DNA of 64,000 nucleotides. It comes from Laetmonice hystrix. Its lineage: Eukaryota. This document shows positions 1 to 11,400 of the stretch, piece by piece. Made by a program: the position numbers and the translations under genes. The stretch is from positions 9,054,001 through 9,118,000 of the forward strand of contig OZ249436.1 in NCBI GenBank assembly GCA_965235115.1. The letters run 5' to 3'. Under the pieces are notes generated by a model. The model ran no database searches. It was not told the DNA's origin and saw only the letters and a program-made list of their open reading frames with translations. Positions within the stretch are counted from its first letter, which is position 1, and the number at the start of each line of letters is the position of its first letter.

Positions 1-227
1 CTATTTTATATGTCTAATAATAAGATTATATAATCAAAATATTCTGTACTTTAAAGAGTGGCCATAATGTAAGTATACTGTTGTTGGTACATACCTACTT
101 TCCCTTATACAGATACATGGATTTTGAAATGGGATCTGACAGAAGTGAAAAGTGAAACAAATACAGAAAGGAATAGGCCTAAGTTGACCTTCCACAGCGA
201 TCACATTGCCTCAACTGTAGGCCCATG

Positions 228-330
228 TGCAAAAGATATTGGACAAGTGAAAAATAATGTTGGGCAAGTATATCGTGGCTAGTACTTGCCCGTCGGGCAA
301 GTGAAGTTGGTAGATTTTTTTCAAGACCTG
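228..330 (-). mobile_element. MITE end fragment, same family as the element at 51823-52638
   Basis: Reverse complement CAGGTCTTGAAAAAAATCTACCAACTTCACTTGCCC closely matches CAGGGCTCGAAAAAAGATCTACCAGTTTTACTTGCC at 51823. Confidence 0.6.
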
Positions 331-545
331 CTATTTTTTTGTTCCTTTATATTGTTATCCAAACACACAGTCCCGTTTCTATGAGTTCTAGTCATTTGAG
401 GGAAGTATTGGTTGTTCACTCCACGTTTTGTCACTCCAGACTATTCTCCCAAGGTTTCTATGACTCCTCTGCTTAAAGAGAATGATTAATTTCACACATT
501 GGTAGTATTCTACTGAAATTTTAATTGTAATTTATTTCCTTCAAG

Positions 546-677
546 GTGATCAATGCTTTCTTGGCCGTTCTTAAGATGGAACAGAACAAGACAGATACTG
601 GGCATGTTTTTGTATTACCGTCATATCTGGCTGTTCTGTGGGAAGAAGCACGGTATGACCATTGGCTGTACAGAAAA
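546..677 (+). pseudogene. Exon-like fragment of a Ulp1/SENP-like (peptidase C48) cysteine protease, probably transposon-borne and decayed
   Basis: AG/GT-bounded 132-nt segment translating VINAFLAVLKMEQNKTDTGHVFVLPSYLAVLWEEARYDHWLYRK, resembling the (D-E)VIN-x-(F/Y)L...(V/I)F region of C48 proteases. The upstream frame ...HIASTVGP (about 200-225) is interrupted by a MITE end. No catalytic His/Cys exons were found. Confidence 0.45.
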
Positions 678-1672
678 GTAAGGGAATAATCTTATAGTTA
701 CCCATATCTACCAGAACACACTTTCATGTCATAGACCCATATGCCCAAACCAAAATAGTTTTCATAATTTGTTTTAGGGTCTGATAGGAGTTACTTTGCA
801 ACTATTTTTATTATTTGGAATAAATCTGTTATACACATTTGTTGATTGTTTTTATTTACATTTACCAGATACTTATTACATTTTGTAGTCTGTTGATCTT
901 GTGCACATTACCAAGAATGTTTCAGGGTTAATAAGTTATTGGCACTAAGTACTTGAAAATTTAGCAGGAAATTTTTACATACTATGTCCACATATATACC
1001 TGCAGGGTTATAGTCTGTAATATGGAGGAGCCATTCAGGACTTCAGTTCAACCTGACGAAACATTCAGACCTGACTGAACGTGTTTCTAAAACAGCATGA
1101 GGTCACGAACCCCTCCAGACGATAATTGTCATTGTCTTCTGGTACTTTAGATACTAGTAAAATGAAACACATGGATAAACAACATCTTGAATGTTGATAC
1201 AGGGTTGTGGTCTCCGAAGAGTAGAACTGAACCGTTTGGAGCTAATTTTTTCTGAGATTTGCTTAGTACTTGTCCCAACATATAAGTTTATATGGGCGTT
1301 CGTTTTATACTCTGGTTTACTGCCCTTTTTGCAATGTCTAGCATACATTAACATATGAGGTTAGACCTGGCTAATATAACCAATAAGTGTATGAGTAGGC
1401 AACATAAGTACAGCACGAAGATTTTACTAGATAGTAAACTTTGTTTAGTTAACGGTAACATTTCACAGAAATTTGATAACTATACATCTATTTCCACTAA
1501 AGATAAAACAGTGGTGGATTATTTCTTTGAACCTATTGACAACCATTCGAACTCTAAGTCCCTTACCTCCAGGGCTTTAGTCAGTAGATTCTGTAATGGA
1601 GGAGATTTTGTAGTCGATTTTTGCAACCAAACAGTATGTGTAGTATTTCAGAGCATTCAGTTTCTGTTTTAG

Positions 1673-1989
1673 AATTTATATAAGGATTACATGACAAATG
1701 TGATGGGAGTGAAACTGTTCAGATTCCTGAAAATGATTGTGCGGATGCTGTGGCTGATCTACCTGATAGTCTTTACAGATGCTATCACATTAAGAGTGTA
1801 CCAGAGGCATTTATGACTTGTGAACTTTGCAGGCAGGCAAAAGTAACGCTAACTGAACGTATCAAAATGTTTAGACAACACCAAGCAGACGTTGATAATA
1901 TTTATAAACAGGGTTTTGACACTTACTCTCGGAAAATGAACAGGTGGCTTATCTGGAGAAATGTCTATCCGAGTCTAAACAAAAACTAG
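1673..1989 (+). pseudogene. Possible degenerate terminal exon of unknown product (Cys/His-containing), perhaps from the same element as the Ulp1-like exon
   Basis: Acceptor tttctgttttag at 1672, then a frame open to TAG at 1989 apart from one early TAA. Contains CYHIK...CELC. Not assignable to a family. Confidence 0.25.
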
Positions 1990-2414
1990 GAAAGTGTTTG
2001 ATGCCATTTTGGTCTGATACTTTTCAAGTTAGGGTCTGTTTTCTGTAAGTTAGGGTCTGTTTTGTGTAATTAGGGACCAAAGGGCTAAGAAAAGACATTA
2101 CGGTAGTTCAAAATAGCACAAAAGTGTTTTAATAATGAGTATAAAAAAGTAAAAAGAGAATTTTAATTTAAGGAAACAACTTGAACCTTCTGGCTGTGAT
2201 GAAAGATTATGTAAGCAAATTCTGTGGACATTAAAAAGATTCTTACTGAACTTAACATGCTGTCAGTGTTTGTGAACGAGGCTGTATTGGTTTAAATGCT
2301 GATATTTTTTGAATGAACAAGAGAATACTTATACTTGGAAAAATGAAGTGTTAACATACATAAAGTGAGCATATATTGCACCTGGAATCCAAGTGCCCTT
2401 CTGATATAGCCAAA

Positions 2415-3065
2415 ATCCAAGTGCCGGGCCTCAAATGATGTGAGGCCTGGCAGCTCATGTCTTGGCCCATACGACCCTTGCTATATGGCTGGGATCCAAG
2501 TGCCGGGCCTCAAATGATGTGATGCCCGGCACCTCATGTCTTGGCCCATACGACCCTTGCTATATGGCTGGGATCCAAGTGCCGGGCCTCAAATGATGTG
2601 AGGCCCGGCACCTCATGTCTTGGCCCATACGACCCTTGCTATATGGCTGGGATCCAAGTGCCGGGCCTCAAATGTTGTGAGGCCCGGCACCTCATACCTT
2701 GCCCCATACAACCCTTGCTATATGGCTGGGATCCAAGTGCCGGGCCTCAAATGATGTGAGGCCCGGCACCTCATATCTTCACCCATACAACCCTTGCTAT
2801 ATGGCTGGGATCGAAGTGCCGGGCCTCAAATGTTGTGAGGCCCGGTACCTCATGTCTTGGCCCATACGACCCTTGCTATATGGCTGGGATCCAAGTGCCG
2901 GGCCTCAAATGATGTGAGGCCCGGCACCTCATGTCTTGGCCCATACGACCCTTGCTGCATGGCTGGGATCCAAGTGCCGGGCCTCAAATGATGTGAGGCC
3001 CGGCACCTCATGTCTTCACCCCTACGACCCTTGCTATATGGCTGGGATCCAAGTGCCGGGCCTCA
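2415..3065. repeat. Tandem array of a 79-bp unit, 8 full copies plus a partial one, each with a 13-bp-stem hairpin
   Basis: Units start at 2415, 2494, 2573, 2652, 2731, 2810, 2889, 2968 and 3047. The consensus contains GTGCCGGGCCTCA-aatgatg-TGAGGCCCGGCAC. Confidence 0.97.
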
Positions 3066-3862
3066 CATCCCAACCATATGGTAAGGCCTGGTTGCCGTAT
3101 GGCTATATATTATTGGATCCTTGCAAGTGCCAGGCTATATGTCTAACATGACGACTAAAAGAATGGGGGGGGGGGGGGGCAAAGTCTGCAGGTGCCTCTC
3201 AACTAGGGGATAGTGGGTTTTCTATTGACCATATTCCAAACATTATAGGCCTAGGCTTATTGATATCGGCAAAAGTATTGGGGGGCGCTAATGAGATTTG
3301 GCGCACAGGCCTAGACCCCCCCCCCCTCTATTATGAGATCTGGCAGCGTTCTGGCCTGACTGCAGCTAGAAATAGATTCGGGGCATGCGACGCCCGTGCC
3401 TTGCGACGCCACTGCCACTGGTCTTCAGACTTCACCTGCTGTGGTACTCCATCCTTGTTAATTAGGCCTATAATACACTATCGTTCGACATGTTATGGTC
3501 AGGACACGTGGACGGTAGACTAAATCTCAACGCCCGGTCTACCCACGTGGGCGCGTGTTTACCTTTTTGTAGTTATTTTTAGTTCCACAGAATGTGATGA
3601 CGTCAGACATCAAGTGCCGGGCTTTTAGTCTCGCCCGCCTGGGGCAGGCCTACTTACTAACAGTAACAGTGAGACTAGGCCAAGAGTCTAGACTTATGAT
3701 CATTAAGAGTAAGAGTTAAAGACTAGAGTAATAAACACTATAACTGACTAGATCTAAGACTGTCTAGACCTAGTAATTTGGTATGATCACTAAGATTAGC
3801 AGTAAGAATAGATCTGTAACTAGTGTAGATCTAACTCTGAGTCTAAAAACAACGGTGCCTAC

Positions 3863-4200
3863 CTGCGAATCTTCTGTTCCTCCTTCTCTGGGCAGTTGGC
3901 AGTTTTCACTAGATGTAGGTTTACAGACGGAATATAATCAGGGTGATCCTTCCTACTGACTGGTTCACCTGTTATAAAATGTTCTGAGCATATGTATACA
4001 CCAACTACATGCTCAGGGGGGTACCACGGTTGATTTGACCCACGAGCCATAACCCGACCACAAGCTAGGGCCCATTTTGCTCGTCTTTGAGGGTCTTTCT
4101 TGTGAAGTGGAAAACGGAAGAAACGAAATCTTTGGTTTCCGTTTTCGTCAGTTATTAGATGATGATTACTGCAAACGCCGACACTACACCACTTTGGCAT
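3863..4200 (-). CDS. First coding exon of a THAP-domain (C2CH zinc finger) protein; downstream exons not identified
   Basis: MPKWCSVGVCSN...FFRFP...RRAKW...ICSEHF...DYIPSV shows the THAP C-x4-C...C-x2-H signature, conserved P, W and F, and an AVPTIF-like box. Ends at the donor CAG|GTAGGC. Confidence 0.8.
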
Positions 4201-5249
4201 GGTAAAAACAAAGAAAGTCAACAACAGCCTCGCCGGATCATGACGCACGTCATATCAGTGCACCGTCGCATCGCGTGTTTAGTACCTCGTGAATGGCGGC
4301 AGAAAACGCGATGGTGGCGCCGCCTGTGAAATACCCGGATGTGTGTGCGAAAGAATGTAATGAAGCACGCAAACTAACTTGAGGCCCAGGCCTACCGTGC
4401 AGATCACAGAAGAGGGGGGAAAGGCCTAGGCCTAGGTATAGACTCTAGGCCTAGAATAGAAAGGCTATAACCTAGGTCACCTTCGATCGTTGCCAGTGGA
4501 TTGGGGGGGGGGGGGGGGGCAGCGGGCGTGCCGGGGGGGGGGTGCTTGGGGTGCTCAAGCACCCGCCTCAATTATTTGCCCCTTTTTGGGGGGGAGGGGG
4601 GTGCGCTTGTTGTCTTGTAAAAACCTTAAAAATAAGACTACCGGGGAGTTAGGGATAAGGACCATGCAACCACCACCATGGATCTCATTTATTTTCGACT
4701 AAAAAAGATTTCGTGGTTGACTATTAAAAATAGGCTAGGAAAATCGTGATCTTTACCAAGTAACAAATAATTCATTTTAGAAGTGTTATAAGTTTGAAAG
4801 GAAAGTAGATCAAGTAGGCTACTCAGTTCTATCGTGCCTCCGCTTTTTAGGTGTGGGCGATGATATTCCGTTCCGTTCCCTCCGTTTATGTGTTGTGTTT
4901 TTGTAGGCCATGTGATATGACGCAAAGGCGGATGAGGGGAGAACGAACGAGGAGACGGTCATGTTTGAGATGAGGAAGGAAGGTTGACAGAACTTCGAGA
5001 CAACATTCAGAATTGGTTCATATTAATAATTTTGGTTGTTCAGTTAAATTGAATTTTATGGAGGGGTCGAACCCCCAAACAAATTTCCAGCAATCTTAGT
5101 CTGGGGAGTGAGGAACGAGGCTGGAACCCTTGCTCGTTTTGACGGCGCATTGTTTGTGTCATCGTGAAGCGAGGCCGAGCAGCGAGGGGCGGTCAGGCAG
5201 CAGCGCATTTCTGCATTCACCTCTATTACAGTATTAGTTCCACATCGGC

Positions 5250-5460
5250 GTTGCCTTAGCGACATTGCACTGCAAAGAGGAACAGTAAACGCCCGATTTC
5301 ACATTACCATGAATATTCGCCTCAGCAGGACTCGATGGTTCTCGTAGAGCCTCGAATATAAGCTCTGATTTATAAGTACTTAGGGCTGGCCACGTGACGT
5401 CACTCTCCGTCTGAAGCCAGACCCGCCGAGAGCGGCCGACAAACGACGCCATTTGCACTG
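5250..5460 (+). promoter_or_regulatory. Likely RBBP6 proximal promoter/5' UTR motifs
   Basis: CpG-rich. Overlapping E-box CACGTG (5391-5396) and full CRE TGACGTCA (5395-5402), YY1-like CGCCATTT (5447-5454), RFX-like GTTGCCTTAGCGAC (5250-5263). Motif matches only. Confidence 0.5.
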
Positions 5461-5491
5461 GCGCTGCACAAGGCCGCCAAACGATACAAGC

Positions 5492-8400
5492 ATGTCGTGT
5501 GTTCATTACAAATTCAAGAGTAGCTTAGACTATGACACAGCCACATTTGATGGCATGCATATTTCCCTTGGAGATCTGAAGAAGGCGATTATTGCGCAGA
5601 AGAGGTTAGGAAAGAATAACGACTTCGAAATTCAAGTTACAAATGCTCAAACAAAAGAAGGTAAGACATGTCAAATGAGAACAATGTGCCACTTTCGTTG
5701 AGTGTTGTGAATGTGATCCCTGACTGTTAAATTTGAATGGTTGAAACTGGTACTAGTGGTAGGCCTACTTGGTATCAATATTTTTGGTGGTTTTGAACAG
5801 TAGTTTGATAGTAAGTTTATATTGGATTAGACTATGAGTGAGCATGTGTCACAAATCAATAATTTTAAAATTAAATTATTAATGTGAGGGAGAACGAGAA
5901 GCAAAACCAATACTAGGTACCTATGCAGAATGCCTATTATTTGAAATATTTATGCAGCGGTTATTCTGGGCCCTGTTTTACTAAAGAGTCGAAAATAACG
6001 ACGTCGATAATTTAACATAGTTAGTGAATGGGTTGCTAAGTCGAAAATAATGACCTAACAACCATTCACTTAAATTATCGACATCGTTATTATCTACCTT
6101 CAGTGCCCCTGGTGTCAGACGGTTGATGGCAGAATAAATTGGTTTGACTTGTTACAATGATTTTGTTCTTTCAGAATATCGGAATGATGGTGATCTTATC
6201 CCGAAAAATGCTTCAGTTATTGTGGCCCGTGTGCCTATTCCCAAAGCAGGAAAACCTTGGTGAGTATGCGAGTTTAATCATTGAAATCAATGATTTAATC
6301 AAATAATTTAAATATCAAGGGCCCTTGTGTACCAAAAAATTAGTATTACACCTTAATTATGGATAGTGTGTCCATCACTCTCATCAGATGTCTGTTTACC
6401 AATTGATGTTTATATTATTTACAGGGATCAGCCACGTAGGGGCATGCTAGGATCGATACATCAGGGAGTATGTAGTTTTCTTTACATAGGTATTTCTGGT
6501 TGATTTAAGTTTTGGTCCAAGACATTTAGTCTACTTGTTCTACTTCTGCAGTAATTTTAAATGTCTGAAAGAAAAAAACAAAGTCTGAAATGCTTTTTCG
6601 CTGTAACAACAGTCATTAAAGTCCCAAGCGCTGGACTTTCACATTTAGCAGCTTGTGTCAAGATGTGACCACTTAAAAGCTGCTTCAAAATATGTGATGG
6701 TTTGGATTTTATTTATACTGATACTTGTTGGATGCTTGTGCAGTTAGATAATTTGTAAAAACATGTTACTTTAAAAGCTACATCTTTTGATGTATGTAGT
6801 GGTACTTTTTATTTCATCTTTGCTGAAAAGGAATGAGTGCACTGTTTCATGTGCATATTGATTTCATTTCAATGTTCCATACATACATAGGTGACAAGCC
6901 TAAAAATATAAAAAATAGCTCATTATGTAAATAAAGATAATTTGTATGGGAAATTTGGTTCTTATTCATAATAACAAACTGATGCACAAGGTAGAATTGG
7001 TGTGGTTTTGCAGGTTCAGATGTTTGCAGAATGCACAATTTGAAGGATGCATGTGAAATGTCTTTGTTGGGGTTATTTGGGTAACTTGCTATTGCAGTAG
7101 GTTCAGAAATTCCAAAGTTTGCTTCGACTAAAATCTGGAGGAGGTGGGAGAGCCCCATTTAGACTGAATTGATCATTACAAAGCTGTGCATCATTGTACA
7201 GTGAAAGCATTCCATAATAGGGCAAGTTCTCTATTTCTAGTCTGTCTTGGCGGTGCTTTTATTGCTCAAGTTCCAGTAGTGCTATTTGCATTGAGATAGC
7301 CTAAGCGCATTTTGCTTTTGCTTAAGTGGTGCAGTAAGATTGGGAGATGCATCCATCAAATAAGTGTTTCTGCAGGACAGAATCTGTACATCAAGTATAA
7401 GTGTGGTGCTGCTTCTGAAAGGTTTCAAGTGAAATATTGATATTTTCCCAAATAATGCAATCTGTGTGTACATACTTTAATGAAACCAACACATATTTTA
7501 CATATTGAAATAAATTGATATATTTGATATATAGTCATGGAGTTTGTTTTTTGTTGGTGTGGAAGACGTGAAGGAATGTGATCGTTGTACATGCCGTGTA
7601 CCAGGAGTACTAGTAAGCAGGCCTCAATAAATCTGGAACCCGGACGCCGGGACAACCAAAATCGCCGTCAGGCTACCAAGCCTCCCCTAAATTCGATAGC
7701 GTAGGTACCTGCCGGGCTACCAACCCTGTGTCGCTTGCTCAGCAGGCTACCATGCTCTGGCAAGATTTTTGAGGCCTGAGTAGTGTTTAGTTTTGGGAAT
7801 GGAAGTATTTTATACTAGGGTCTAGATAAGTGAACCCGCTGTGTCTTATGGGCAATCAAAAAACTTGACATCAACAGAGATGCTAACCATTAGGAATTTG
7901 GTGTAATGGTTACACTTTTATTGTCATCATGCTATTGGGAGTAATTGACCCAAAATTACTGTTTTGGCACATCAAAGCCCAGATATATTCGCAGACTGAA
8001 AAGTAGTCCTCACATTTGGAACCCATTCATTAGTTTCGGCTGTGAACATGTCCATCACAAGTCGCCAAATTAATTCATAAGTCTATGTATTCCACCTTAA
8101 TTTAGTTACCTACTTGTTATTGTGACACCGAAACAGTAACTTAGGAATCGACATAAATAATTTTCTTCTTCAGACGTGGAAATTATTTGGAATTCTCATC
8201 CTCGTAAAGGCCGGTTTATAGCCCGTCAGCTGACCATCTCCCAACCCGAGGTCAAAGTTCACGTAGAACTCTCAGCGATTGGTCAGCCGAGAGCCCAATC
8301 GCTGAACATCACTGCAAATATAAACGTTCAGCGATGATCAGCCAATGGTTGGCCGATGGAGTATAAACCGGCCTTAAGTTGGCATCTCTGCATCAAGGAT

Positions 8401-11400
8401 TCAAAATAGTCTTGTAGGTTGTAGTAGGGATCTAAATGCATGAGTTTTGTACCATACTAAATAACTGCTGATGAAAAATAAATTAGTTCCAGTAATTGTA
8501 GATGAAAAAAGCAATTACAGTTCCAGTAGTTGTAAATAATGATTTAATCTAAGTGCATAATATATTTTACCGTTTGGTGAGGGGGGGGGGGCACCTGCCT
8601 AATTCAGGATAAAAACATAGACCCTGGAGTAAAGTATTTGGGTAACCAGCTTATCCAAATTTGTTTAAACTGTATTAGGGAAAGTAAACATCAAACTGAA
8701 GCTTCCGATCAAGAAGAATCCTTTTTCTGTACCTTCCAGTAGACAAAAATTGAACATTTGCAGAATTAAAAGTGCTTTGTTTCATTATTTTCATGAGCGC
8801 TAGAAACATGCAGAGCTGATTTGGCCCCCTGTGTAGATCTTTCCAGAGTTAGTTGTACTAAATGTTGAAAGGCTCAAATTCCAAATTGTAATTTGTATGT
8901 ATATTTATGGCATATCATGAACTTTGCATCGGAACTGACCCAAATAGGCAGATCGTCGGCTTGATCAATTTCCTTGACGTGTATGCCTTGGTTTTCGAAT
9001 GCTAGGTTTCATTTGATAAAGTGCTTCTACTGGGATTGAAAAAAACGGCATTTTACTGGTTTTTCGTATCCTCCATTGCTGAGTGCAGCATGGGGGGGTG
9101 GGGGGTCTTTGTTCTTGGTCACGAAATTCCAAGTAGTCCATGCTGCTGAACCTTGTAAAGTTTCAGAATGCCAAAGTCTTGGGGAAATGTAGGCCTATAC
9201 CTGGAGGGAAAGTAGAGGGTATTCTTGATCACTGCTTTTTTGAAATGGTATTAAAATTTTCAAACTCGACACTTGGGTCGTATAATTGTCCTTTGGTTTC
9301 AGCAAGCAGCCGTTCCAGCAGATGGAGTACTTTGGTTTCATCAGTACTTTGCTTTCTCAGTGTCTTGCTCAGATGGAAGTTTTAGTCTTGACTGGTTTGT
9401 AACCAGGTGTGACAAGGCTATCGTATGAAAATGCTGAAAGATAACACTCGCTGTTACAGCATGATGACAAGAAAATGTACAGTTCTGCACAGTGGATGTT
9501 AAAAAGTCAACCAGAACAGAATATGAAAAAGTACCCATTGAAGAATCCTCGCAGAGTTGGCAACTGAATTTGTATTAGTCTGTTCGAAAATGTTACTTTT
9601 CCAGCTAGTTTGCTGGGTTTGTAGTTGAATGGCAGTTGTGTGATAAATGATATACTACAGTAAAACTGTTGTAAAATAATTAAGAAGAATCACTGGTCAT
9701 CAGACCTGAATGAAACCTGATCCTCCTTTGATTTGAAGACATGCAGATAGTGCCTCAAATAAGACTCTTACTACAGTTGAAGCGGAGGAATGCTGATGAT
9801 GCTGGATAAGAACGGCAAATACTATCTGATCCAGGCATATGATGCCATAGTTGATTGAAGGAGATATGTTAAGTTTGCTTCATGGACATTCTTTGAAAGG
9901 ATCTTGGTGTAATATTTGCACAGATTTGTCACCAGTAAATTATGCTCCGTAATGTTGCGGAGTACATGTGTTCTCGAAACAACTGCTGTGTAACATGAGA
10001 AAAGTTGTGTTCCAAATAAAAAGATGGAATGAACTGAGAGGAACGTCCTTGTTACAGCCATCTTTAACAGAGTAAAGAATATAACGTATTGTGTCCATAT
10101 ACAAAATACATGTAGTCTTTTACAATTTAAGATAATCCCAAAAGATTATTTAAAAAGGTAAAACGCCAAGGGATTACTGCAGACAATGAAGTGGTTGTAC
10201 TCCAGTAACCTTGCTGTTCCTGTATAAGATGTTTTTCTTAGTTGTGTACGCACCTTCATGAGTTTCTACTTTGTGCATCAGAAACCAAACCAGTCTGAGA
10301 TTTTCATTTGTGATGGGTGACGCTTTATTTATGGTAAATGCATCTCTCTCGGAGGCTTTTATAAATATGCTTACACATGCATACACGAGGTTGCTACCCT
10401 CGAGGTGTTATGTTCGGTGTTCAGGTATGCTGCCATAGAAACCGTTGGTGAAAAAGGGGCTTTAAAACAATATTTGAATGAAATTGTGATAGATTTTCTG
10501 CCTGACAACGATTGAAAGGTGATTAATGGTTCGTGAATCTTTTAAGACTATTCCGGGGAAGGTTTATAGTTTTGGAAATTGTTGCATGGGAAACATAATC
10601 TTGGCAAAACTCATATTCCTTATGGTTTATATTGGTAAATGTAAGCCATGCTATTTGTCACACCCTAGATCATCAAAGGTGCACTGAATAAGTCGCAAAA
10701 AATCGTTCCTAGAGCTCTGACCTGTGGGTACCGGGTATTTCAATTTCATGATAAAGCAAAGGTAATTTAATATTTATAGGAGTTGCCATACACCAGTACC
10801 AGAAAGTGTAGATGTATGATTGTACTGGAATGTAATATTCATTTTAACAAGGTAACAGTAACTTGAATGCTCCAGCAGTGTTAAGGGGCACAGTGACTCC
10901 CAGCAAACTGCAAGGTTTGATGTAAACAAAGGCAGTCATCAAAAGGGCCGATTTATTAAGGCGTATCTCGCATCAATGTGGAAAGGTTACAAATGTTTAC
11001 TGTGGGAAATGCAGTGATAATGCTACATCTTGAAACCTGAAATGTGAATGGGTATGTGTGTACCTAGTGACAGTCGTAATGGACACGTTTACCTTTGCCT
11101 CTTCCATACTATTGCTCATGATACTATAATTTTGATTGGGTTAATTAGACCACACAGGTTTAAGGATTACACATAAAGGTTAAAATTAATACAGCTAATA
11201 AAATATATGGCAATTACGGCTGAGTGCCATGGGTCCGGTTACTTTTAACATTCCTATGATTTACACAAATTACAAAACATATCTCTGGTATTTTTTATTA
11301 AGCGTGTTAAGGTTTTTGATAAATGGACATTGTTAAAAACAATGATAATGTATCAAGCAAAGGCAATTTCCTTTGTAATTTTATTTAAGCCTGATAACAG

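Noticed and set aside
2415..3065. CRISPR array, hammerhead ribozyme array, or coding ORFs (2541-3151) in the 79-bp repeat
   Set aside because: No unique spacers or cas genes, and the context is eukaryotic. No CUGANGA/GAAA core on either strand. The ORFs are by-products of the repeat.
5090..5220. U3 snoRNA-like words upstream of RBBP6
   Set aside because: Only isolated short matches, in the wrong order; boxes A, C and D are not present.
9461..9567. Possible C/D box snoRNA (ATGATGA...CTGA)
   Set aside because: No convincing terminal stem and no rRNA-complementary guide that I can recognise.
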